Shown here: positions 1 through 9,291 of the stretch, piece by piece
How the letters are laid out: each line of letters opens with the position of its first letter
Numbering within the stretch: the first letter of the stretch is position 1
Notes under the pieces: model-generated
Told to the model about the DNA's origin: nothing
What the model saw: the letters and a program-made list of their open reading frames with translations, nothing else
Database searches by the model: none
Position numbers and translations under genes: made by a program
Source of the DNA: a virus
Taxonomy: Duplodnaviria; Heunggongvirae; Uroviricota; Caudoviricetes
DNA length: 9,291 bases
Reading direction: 5' to 3' (one strand)
IMG/VR virus record: IMGVR_UViG_2778261509_000008

Positions 1-99
1 AGTCATCGGGCATTATCTGAACATAAAACACTATCAATAAGTTGGAGTCATTACCACAAAAGTAATCCTTGCTATGGGTGGTTAATCATGCGTTAATGG

Positions 100-249
100 T
101 GTTCTGGTTTGTTACAAATTTATCTGAAGCAGTCATTGTTATAATTTTATTATTTGTACCTCTTGAGATTTCCTTGTTGGTTTTTCTCTCTGATATTTTT
201 TTTTCGGACCATTCTGCCCAAGGGCTAATTTCTTCAAAAGGTAATAATT
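100..249 (+). promoter_or_regulatory. Putative promoter and long AT-rich 5' leader of the cold-shock gene
   Basis: AT-rich untranslated stretch directly upstream of the csp ATG, with an SD-like aagg at 238-241 and a tataat hexamer at 140-145. CspA-family genes are known to carry long structured leaders. No convincing -35 element at proper spacing was found, so the promoter position is not resolved. Confidence 0.3.
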
Positions 250-462
250 ATGTCTAACAAAATGACTGGTTTAGTGAAATGGTTTAACCCTGAAAAAGGT
301 TTTGGTTTCATCACGCCGAAAGATGGCAGCAAAGATGTGTTTGTCCATTTCTCAGCAATTCAGAGCAACGATTTCAAAACATTAACTGAGAATCAGGAAG
401 TTGAATTTGGTATTGAGAACGGACCTAAAGGTCCTGCCGCTGTTCATGTAGTGGCGCTTTGA
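250..462 (+). CDS. cspI: Cold-shock protein, CspA family (70 aa), CspI-like
   Basis: 70-aa ORF starting [23 protein letters not shown] with RNP1-like KGFGFI and RNP2-like VFVHF motifs, diagnostic of the cold-shock domain. SD aagg sits about 8 nt upstream of the ATG. The sequence matches my recollection of E. coli CspI (Qin prophage), which I could not verify by search. Confidence 0.9.
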   Translation: MSNKMTGLVKWFNPEKGFGFITPKDGSKDVFVHFSAIQSNDFKTLTENQEVEFGIENGPKGPAAVHVVAL

Positions 463-472
463 GGTAGACAAT

Positions 473-661
473 ATTACAAACCATATTCACTTTAGATGCC
501 CGTGTTGTCATGGTTCCCAGTATAGAACATCATCTTTTGATGTTTCTGACATGAATCCTTTCGGGGCAAAATGTATCTTTTGTAAATCAATGATGATTAC
601 ATTTGATAATATTTCACAATACTTAAATGCCAGCCGTCTGTCGTTGGATTTAAAAAAGTGA
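473..661 (+). CDS. Small zinc-ribbon-like protein (ynfQ/ymcF-like); start codon uncertain (ATT at 473 or ATG at 551)
   Basis: Reading frame is open from 452 to the TGA at 659-661 and encodes two CxxC pairs (CPCC ... CIFC) about 20 residues apart. The only ATG in frame is at 551, downstream of the first Cys pair. An ATT at 473 lies 8 nt after a GAGGT SD-like motif (461-465) and would give a 62-aa product. A strong intrinsic terminator follows at 666-689. A small gene between csp and ynfN/gns matches the cspG-ymcF-ymcE-gnsA / cspI-ynfQ-ynfN-gnsB arrangement as I recall it. Confidence 0.4.
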   Translation: MTNHIHFRCPCCHGSQYRTSSFDVSDMNPFGAKCIFCKSMMITFDNISQYLNASRLSLDLKK

Positions 662-665
662 AAAT

Positions 666-689
666 GAAGGCTCCTTCGGGAGCTTTTTT
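666..689 (+). terminator. Rho-independent terminator after the csp / zinc-ribbon ORF unit
   Basis: Stem gaaggctcc / ggagcttt around a TTCG tetraloop (675-678), immediately followed by a T6 run (684-689). It begins 5 nt after the stop at 659-661. Confidence 0.65.
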
Positions 690-733
690 GCTTGGTGTCT
701 ATTCGATGGATACTCACATACTACGGTAACATC

Positions 734-964
734 ATGAAAAAAATCATAGTTTTTTTTAACTCTGAACCAGCAGTGGTAGTGCCAGCGATGACTGGAGTTA
801 ACACCATCATGCGTGAATATCCAAATGGCGAAAAAACACACCTTACTGTAATGGCCGCAGGGTTTCCATCTCTGACCGGAGATCATAAAGTCATTTATGT
901 AGCCGCGGATCGACATGTTACTTCAGAAGAAATTCTGGAAGCAGCAATAAGGCTCTTGAGTTGA
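734..964 (+). CDS. Small hypothetical protein, YnfN/YmcE-like (76 aa from ATG 734; alternative start ATG 809 gives 51 aa)
   Basis: ORF ends at TGA 962-964. In-frame ATGs are at 692, 734 and 809 and none has a strong SD. Position between a csp gene and a gns gene matches ynfN (Qin) and ymcE as I recall them. The 51-aa form from 809 (MREYPNGEKTHLTV...) matches the size I remember for K-12 YnfN. Confidence 0.55.
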   Translation: MKKIIVFFNSEPAVVVPAMTGVNTIMREYPNGEKTHLTVMAAGFPSLTGDHKVIYVAADRHVTSEEILEAAIRLLS

Positions 965-1135
965 TTTGATGCTATTGCATTGATAATTCAGGAAAATTCT
1001 CTTTGTCTGTTTGTGTAAAATTTAGACTATCGTATGTTGATTATTGCGATGTTTCATCTTATCTTTTACACGTTTGCACCATATAATCGACTTACTGTGT
1101 AACTGGAAAGTCATAACAGACTAAAAGAGGAAATG

Positions 1136-1309
1136 ATGAATATTGAAAACTTAAAAACAAAAGCAGAAGCAGATATTTCTGAATATATAACAAAAAAAAT
1201 TATTGAACTTAAGAAAAAGACCGGGAAAGAAGTTACCAGTATTCAGTTTACCGCACGGGAAAAAATGACGGGTCTTGAAAGCTATGATGTCAAGATTAAT
1301 TTAATCTGA
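1136..1309 (+). CDS. gnsB: GnsA/GnsB-family protein (57 aa)
   Basis: ORF MNIENLKTKAEADISEYITKKIIELKKKTGKEVTSIQFTAREKMTGLESYDVKINLI. SD aaagagg at 1123-1129 precedes tandem ATGs at 1133 and 1136. The C-terminal FTAREKMTGLESYDVKI matches my memory of GnsA/GnsB. This ORF is under 60 aa and is absent from the supplied ORF track. Confidence 0.8.
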   Translation: MNIENLKTKAEADISEYITKKIIELKKKTGKEVTSIQFTAREKMTGLESYDVKINLI

Positions 1310-1336
1310 TGTATTCAATAATAAAATTTATCCATA

Positions 1337-1360
1337 AACCTCGTTTTTACGGGGTTTTGT
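1337..1360 (+). terminator. Putative intrinsic terminator downstream of the gns gene
   Basis: Hairpin ccucg (1339-1343) / cgggg (1350-1354) with one G-U wobble pair and a 6-nt loop, followed by tttt g tt. It lies 28 nt after the gns stop. Confidence 0.45.
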
Positions 1361-1423
1361 TATATTTGAATGGTTCCGAATATCTAAATCACAATTGTTG
1401 ATGGTTTTTATTAAACCAATGCA

Positions 1424-1452
1424 GTCCGGCTCAGGAGTGAGAGAAGCCGGAC
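1424..1452 (-). terminator. GC-rich hairpin in the convergent intergenic region (possible weak or bidirectional terminator for the ydfO-like gene)
   Basis: Perfect 8-bp inverted repeat gtccggct (1424-1431) / agccggac (1445-1452) with a 13-nt loop, 8 nt downstream of the minus-strand stop at 1461-1463. The flanking U-tracts are weak on both strands, so terminator function is uncertain. Confidence 0.35.
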
Positions 1453-1460
1453 GTTATGGT

Positions 1461-1871
1461 TTAGCGTGGTAAGATCTGTGTAGTTTTCTGGATGCTTTCA
1501 GTAAATAGTAATGAATTATCAAAGGTATAGTAATATCTTTTTTGTTCGTGGATATTTGTAACCCACCGAAAAACTCCTGCTTTAGCAAGGTTTCTTCTGT
1601 ATTCCTGAAATGTGATCTCTCTGGATTTCAGCTTATTAGAGGTCGTTTCTATAAGATGCCTATCCTTTGAAAATTTGACAGACACAATGTTTTTTAGGCC
1701 CTTTAATAACACTGTATTATCATTTTTTAATACAATATGAACATTCTCTGTGGCTAAATAGTAAATGTAATGTGAGACATTGTGACGTTTTAGCTCAGAA
1801 TAAAACCATTGATAGTTTAAATCGTTTCGAACTTTATCAAATATTTGTTTAAAAATGACTACCTGATCCAT
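1461..1871 (-). CDS. ydfO: DUF1398-family protein, YdfO-like (136 aa)
   Basis: Minus-strand [34 protein letters not shown]... The ORF track begins 5 codons upstream at 1886 (MEGLS), but the GAAGG SD is positioned for the ATG at 1871. The sequence matches my recollection of the YdfO/YbcV/YcgX (DUF1398) prophage family. Confidence 0.8.
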
Positions 1872-1928
1872 AGATAAACCTTCCATGTGATATGAGGGGG
1901 CGTAGTCTGCACGATTATCTAAATTGCT

Positions 1929-2162
1929 TCAATCTGGTCTGACCTGTTTTCTGAGCAATTCAGTAATGTCACTCTTTTCTTTGTTTGCTTCAGGAGAAAC
2001 TCTTTTTTCTGAGCACAGTCTCCGGCGGCAGGCTTCAATGACCCAGGCTGAGAAATTCCCGGACCCTTTTTGATCAAGAGCGATGTTAATTTGTTCAATC
2101 ATTTGTTTAGGAAAGCGGATGTTGCGGGTTGTTGTTCTGCGGGTTCTGTTCTTCGTTGACAT
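1929..2162 (-). CDS. ynfO: Small basic protein with predicted ribbon-helix-helix (CopG/Arc/MetJ-like) DNA-binding fold, YnfO-like (77 aa)
   Basis: Minus-strand ORF with a basic N-terminus (TKNRTRRTTTRN), then a beta-strand-like IRFPKQMIEQI and helix-like segments (NIALDQ ... FSAWVIEACRRRL), a pattern typical of RHH proteins. Weak SD ggga upstream. The RHH fold is inferred from sequence pattern only. Confidence 0.65.
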   Translation of the reverse strand: MSTKNRTRRTTTRNIRFPKQMIEQINIALDQKGSGNFSAWVIEACRRRLCSEKRVSPEANKEKSDITELLRKQVRPD

Positions 2163-2289
2163 GAGGTTGTCCCGTATTCAGTGTCGCTGATTTGTATTGT
2201 CTGAAGTTGTTTTTACGTTAAGTTGATGCAGATCAATTAATACGATACCTGCGTCATAATTGATTATTTGACGTGGTTTGATGGCGTAG

Positions 2290-2550
2290 ATGCACGTTGT
2301 GACATGTAGATGATAATTATTATCATTTTTCGGGTCCTTTCCGGCGATCCGACAGGTTACGGGGCGGCGACCTCGCGGGTTTTCGCTATTTATGAAAATT
2401 TTCCGGTTTAAGGCGTTTCCGTTCTTCTTCGTCGTAACTTAATGTTTTTATTTAAAATACCCCCTGAAAAGAAAGGAAACGACAGGTGCTGAAAGCGAGC
2501 TTTTTGGCCTCTGTCGTTTCCTTTCTCTGTTTTTGTCCGTGGAATGAACA
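2290..2550 (+). other. cos: Lambda-type cos site (cosQ, cosN, cosB) for DNA packaging
   Basis: The lambda cohesive-end sequence GGGCGGCGACCT is at 2362-2373, preceded by the lambda right-end motif gacaggttacg. cosB-type heptamers CGTTTCC are at 2414-2420 (R3) and 2515-2521 (R1), with GGAAACG at 2475-2481 (R2, inverted), and an A/T-rich IHF-like stretch at about 2441-2458. A 15-bp inverted repeat gaaaggaaacgacag (2471-2485) / ctgtcgtttcctttc (2511-2525) is present. Nu1 starts at 2551. Confidence 0.85.
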
Positions 2551-3070
2551 ATGGAAGTCAACAAAAAGCAGCTGGCTGACATTTTCGGTGCGAGTATCCG
2601 TACCATTCAGAACTGGCAGGAACAGGGAATGCCCGTTCTGCGAGGCGGTGGCAAGGGTAATGAGGTGCTTTATGACTCTGCCGCCGTTATAAAATGGTAT
2701 GCCGAAAGGGATGCTGAAATTGAGAACGAAAAGCTGCGCCGGGAGGTTGAAGAACTGCGCCAGGCCAGCGAGGCAGATCTCCAGCCAGGGACTATTGCGT
2801 ACGAACGCCATCGACTTACGCGTGCGCAGGCCGACGCACAGGAACTGAAGAATGCCAGAGACTCAGCTGAAGTGGTGGAAACCGCATTCTGTACTTTCGT
2901 GCTGTCGCGGATCGCAGGTGAAATTGCCAGTATTCTCGACGGGATCCCCCTGTCGGTGCAGCGGCGTTTTCCGGAACTGGAAAACCGACATGTTGATTTC
3001 CTGAAACGGGATATCATCAAAGCCATGAACAAAGCAGCCGCGCTGGATGAACTGATACCGGGGTTGCTGA

Positions 3071-3096
<26 letters not shown>
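2551..3096 (+). CDS. nu1: Terminase small subunit Nu1 (181 aa)
   Basis: 181-aa ORF MEVNKKQLADIFGASIRTIQNWQEQGMPVLRGG..., near-identical to phage lambda gpNu1 as I recall it, with an N-terminal winged-HTH region. It sits directly downstream of cosB, as in lambda. Confidence 0.95.
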
Positions 3097-6777
<3,681 letters not shown>

Positions 6778-6797
<20 letters not shown>

Positions 6798-8097
6798 TCT
6801 CCCGCATATTGCCAGCATGGCTTTTAATGAGCCGCTGATGCTTGAACCCGCCTATGCGCGGGTTTTCTTTTGTGCGCTTGCAGGCCAGCTTGGGATCAGT
6901 CGCCTGACGGATGCGGTGTCCGGCGACAGCCTGACTGCCGGAGAGGCACCCGCGGCGCTGGCGTTATCCGGTGATGATGACGGACCACGACAGGCCCGCA
7001 GTTATCAGGTCATGAACGGCATCGCCGTGCTGCCGGTGTCCGGTACGCTGGTCAGCCGGACGCGGGCGCTGCAGCCGTATTCGGGAATGACCGGTTACAA
7101 CGGCATTATCGCCCGTCTGCAACAGGCTGCCAGCGATCCGATGGTGGACGGCATTCTGCTCGATATGGACACACCGGGCGGGATGGTGGCGGGAGCATTT
7201 GACTGTGCTGACATCATCGCCCGTGTGCGAGACATAAAACCGGTATGGGCGCTGGCCAACGACATGAACTGCAGTGCAGGTCAGCTGCTTGCCAGCGCCG
7301 CCTCCCGGCGTCTGGTCACGCAGACCGCCCGGACAGGCTCCATCGGCGTCATGATGGCTCACAGTAATTACGGTGCTGCGCTGGAGAAACAGGGCGTGGA
7401 AATCACGCTGATTTACAGCGGCAGCCATAAGGTGGATGGCAACCCCTACAGCCATCTTCCGGATGACGTCCGGGAGACACTGCAGTCCCGGATGGATGCA
7501 ACCCGCCGGATGTTTGCGCAGAAGGTGTCGGCATATACCGGCCTGTCCGTGCAGGCTGTGCTGGATACCGAGGCTGCAGTGTACAGCGGTCAGGAGGCCA
7601 TTGATGCCGGACTGGCTGATGAACTTGTCAACAGCACCGATGCGATCACCGTTATGCGTGATGCACTGGATGCACGTAAATCCCGTCTCTCAGGAGGGCG
7701 AATGACCAAAGAGACTCAATCAACAACTGTTTCAGCCACTGCTTCGCAGGCTGACGTTACTGACGTGGTGCCAGCGACGGAGGGCGAAAACGCCAGCGCG
7801 GCGCAGCCGGACGTGAACGCGCAGATCACCGCTGCGGTTGCGGCAGAAAACAGCCGCATTATGGGGATCCTCAACTGTGAGGAGGCTCACGGACGCGAAG
7901 AACAGGCCCGCGTGCTGGCAGAAACCCCCGGTATGACCGTGGAAACGGCCCGCCGCATTCTGGCCGCAGCACCACAGAGTGCACAGGCGCGCAGTGACAC
8001 TGCGCTGGATCGTCTGATGCAGGGGGCACCGGCACCGCTGGTTGCAGGTAACCCGGCATCTGATGCCGTTAACGATTTGCTGAACACACCAGTGTAA
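6778..8097 (+). CDS. C: Prohead protease / minor capsid protein gpC (439 aa, GTG start)
   Basis: Starts at GTG 6778 (MTAELRNLPHIASMAFNEPL...), preceded by a strong SD gaggaggag, and overlaps the B 3' end by 20 nt. The ORF-track start at 6643 is only the first upstream in-frame ATG inside B. Length matches lambda gpC, a ClpP/S49-like head protease. Confidence 0.9.
7492..8097 (+). CDS. nu3: Scaffolding protein Nu3, nested in-frame within the 3' part of C (201 aa)
   Basis: In-frame internal ATG at 7492 (MDATRRMFAQKVSAYTGL...) at the position corresponding to lambda Nu3, sharing the C stop codon. Nested C/Nu3 initiation is established lambda biology. The local SD is weak. Confidence 0.55.
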   Translation: MDATRRMFAQKVSAYTGLSVQAVLDTEAAVYSGQEAIDAGLADELVNSTDAITVMRDALDARKSRLSGGRMTKETQSTTVSATASQADVTDVVPATEGENASAAQPDVNAQITAAVAAENSRIMGILNCEEAHGREEQARVLAETPGMTVETARRILAAAPQSAQARSDTALDRLMQGAPAPLVAGNPASDAVNDLLNTPV

Positions 8098-8106
8098 GGG
8101 ATGTTT

Positions 8107-8439
8107 ATGACGAGCAAAGAAACCTTTACCCATTACCAGCCGCTGGGCAACAGTGACCCGGCTCATACCGCAACCGCGCCCGGCGGATTGAGTGCGAAAG
8201 CGCCTGCAATGACCCCGCTGATGCTGGACACCTCCACCCGTAAGCTGGTTGCGTGGGATGGCACCACCGACGGTGCTGCCGTTGGCATTCTTGCAGTTGC
8301 TGCTGACCAGACCAGCACCACACTGACGTTCTACAAGTCCGGCACGTTCCGTTATGAGGATGTGCTCTGGCCGGAGGCTGCCAGCGACGAGACGAAAAAA
8401 CGGACCGCGTTTGCCGGAACGGCAATCAGCATCGTTTAA
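8107..8439 (+). CDS. D: Head decoration protein gpD (110 aa)
   Basis: [30 protein letters not shown]..., 110 aa, starting 10 nt after the C stop. The ORF-track start at 8101 adds two codons. Matches lambda gpD as recalled. Confidence 0.93.
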   Translation: MTSKETFTHYQPLGNSDPAHTATAPGGLSAKAPAMTPLMLDTSTRKLVAWDGTTDGAAVGILAVAADQTSTTLTFYKSGTFRYEDVLWPEAASDETKKRTAFAGTAISIV

Positions 8440-8459
8440 CTTTACCCTTCATCACTAAA

Positions 8460-8481
8460 GGCCGCCTGTGCGGCTTTTTTT
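8460..8481 (+). terminator. Terminator-like hairpin with T7 tract in the D-E intergenic region
   Basis: Stem gccgc (8461-8465) / gcggc (8470-8474) with loop ctgt, followed by ttttttt (8475-8481). It lies 14 nt upstream of the E start codon. It is probably read through under Q antitermination in an active phage; this is inference. Confidence 0.45.
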
Positions 8482-8494
8482 ACGGGATTTTTTT

Positions 8495-8770
8495 ATGTCG
8501 ATGTACACAACCGCCCAGCTGCTGGCGGCAAATGAGCAGAAATTTAAGTTTGATCCGCTGTTTCTGCGTCTCTTTTTCCGTGAGAGCTATCCCTTCACCA
8601 CGGAGAAAGTCTATCTCTCACAAATTCCGGGACTGGTAAACATGGCGCTGTACGTTTCGCCGATTGTTTCCGGTGAGGTTATCCGCTCCCGTGGCGGCTC
8701 CACCTCTGAATTTACACCGGGATATGTCAAGCCGAAGCACTTAGCATGGCTTTCTGAGGCTTTCGTGTAG
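8495..8770 (+). pseudogene. E: Major capsid protein gpE, 5' fragment only (first ~82 codons, then unrelated sequence)
   Basis: Begins MSMYTTAQLLAANEQKFKFDPLFLRLFFRESYPFTTEKVYLSQIPGLVNMALYVSPIVSGEVIRSRGGSTSEFTPGYVKPKH, matching the lambda E N-terminus as recalled. It then continues as LAWLSEAFV and stops at 8768-8770. Full-length lambda gpE is 341 aa, so similarity ends near 8740. Confidence 0.85.
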
Positions 8771-8902
8771 TTGCTGGTTTTTACACTTAATCTTTTGATA
8801 ATAAAGAATAAGTTTATCTGGCGCTTTCACTGAATTTTCCTCGTTATCTGTGTGTTGCAATCATCTCTGTATTGCAGCTTGTATTGCTTTTTGGGGCTAA
8901 AA

Positions 8903-9142
8903 ATGGCTGGCGAGAACAAACTGAGCGACAAAGCGCTTAAAGGATATCTGGGGAAACCCAGAGAAAAGCAGATCACCATTGCTGATGGAAAGGGGCTTTC
9001 TATTCGTGTGAGTACTAAAGGGGCTGTGAGCTTTGTTTTCTTCTACAGGTTAGCAGGTGGCCGGGCTGCTCCGGTCTGGCTAACGTTGGGTAAATATCCT
9101 GATATGTCACTCAAACAGGCAAGGGAAAAGCGCGACGAGTGA
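8903..9142 (+). pseudogene. P4-family tyrosine integrase, N-terminal arm-type DNA-binding domain fragment only (79 aa)
   Basis: ORF MAGENKLSDKALKGYLGKPREKQITIADGKGLSIRVSTKGAVSFVFFYRLAGGRAAPVWLTLGKYPDMSLKQAREKRDE fits the pattern of the N-terminal arm domain (DUF4102-like) of P4-type integrases (LTDK..K. ... DG.GL.L.V...G.K.W..RYR ... LG.YP..SL..AR.KRDEAR). It ends at TGA 9140-9142. None of the three downstream frames continues as an integrase core or catalytic domain. SD-like gggg precedes the ATG. Confidence 0.7.
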
Positions 9143-9203
9143 GCTGGCCCCCTGAAATACCAGACAGTAGATGTATCTTAAAATAAGAGATAGGCTTGGA
9201 TAT

Positions 9204-9291
9204 ATGTCTAACACTAGTTCTAATTTTGAGATGGCTGGCGTTTTGTTAGGAAAAGAGGTGCGTAAACGTAAAACACCTCAGGAAAAAATCG
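9204..9291 (+). CDS. Possible 5' end of an ORF running off the window (MSNTSSNFEMAGVLLGKEVRKRKTPQEKI...), product unknown
   Basis: ATG at 9204 opens a frame with no stop before the window end. The SD is weak and I recognise no similarity, so this may not be a real gene. Confidence 0.2.
   Translation, partial: MSNTSSNFEMAGVLLGKEVRKRKTPQEKI

Noticed and set aside
69-257. 62-aa + strand ORF in the supplied track
   Set aside because: It lies wholly in the AT-rich leader upstream of the csp gene and overlaps its start, has no SD, and has a low-complexity hydrophobic composition. It is most likely a chance ORF within the cold-shock 5' UTR or promoter.
650-916. 88-aa minus-strand ORF
   Set aside because: It runs antisense through the 666-689 terminator and overlaps the ynfN-like gene on the opposite strand, with no SD. 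Judged spurious.
2452-2811. ORFs overlapping cosB and the Nu1 5' end (2452-2811 minus strand and 2486-2692 plus strand)
   Set aside because: Both overlap the cosB R-elements and the well-supported Nu1 frame. They are out-of-frame or antisense artefacts.
8852-8902. Upstream extension of the integrase fragment to the ATG at 8852
   Set aside because: The extra residues (LQSSLYCSLYCFLGLK) merely translate the direct DNA repeats. The ATG at 8903 has an SD-like gggg and begins the conserved arm-domain pattern.

Overview
This window reads as a segment of a lambdoid prophage from an Escherichia-type genome, identified from memory of the sequences because no database search could be run. It has three parts. 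(1) Positions 1-2200 hold a cold-shock accessory cluster of the kind found in the Qin cryptic prophage: a cspI-like cold-shock gene, a small zinc-ribbon ORF, a ynfN/ymcE-like ORF and a gnsA/gnsB-family gene on the + strand, then a minus-strand pair encoding a ribbon-helix-helix-like protein and a DUF1398 (ydfO-like) protein. (2) Positions 2200-8740 are essentially phage lambda's left end: cosQ-cosN-cosB, then Nu1, A, W, B, C with nested Nu3, and D, with lambda's gene lengths and overlaps. (3) The major capsid gene E breaks off after about codon 82 (near 8740), followed by unrelated DNA carrying only the N-terminal arm domain of a P4-family integrase, itself cut off by a stop at 9140-9142. I found no CRISPR array, tRNA, rRNA or recognisable IS element, and no convincingly novel multi-gene system. 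The points most worth a second look are the E/integrase decay junction, an apparently intact cos-terminase-portal module in a head-defective prophage, the RHH/DUF1398 pair beside cos, and the zinc-ribbon ORF that lacks a canonical start codon.
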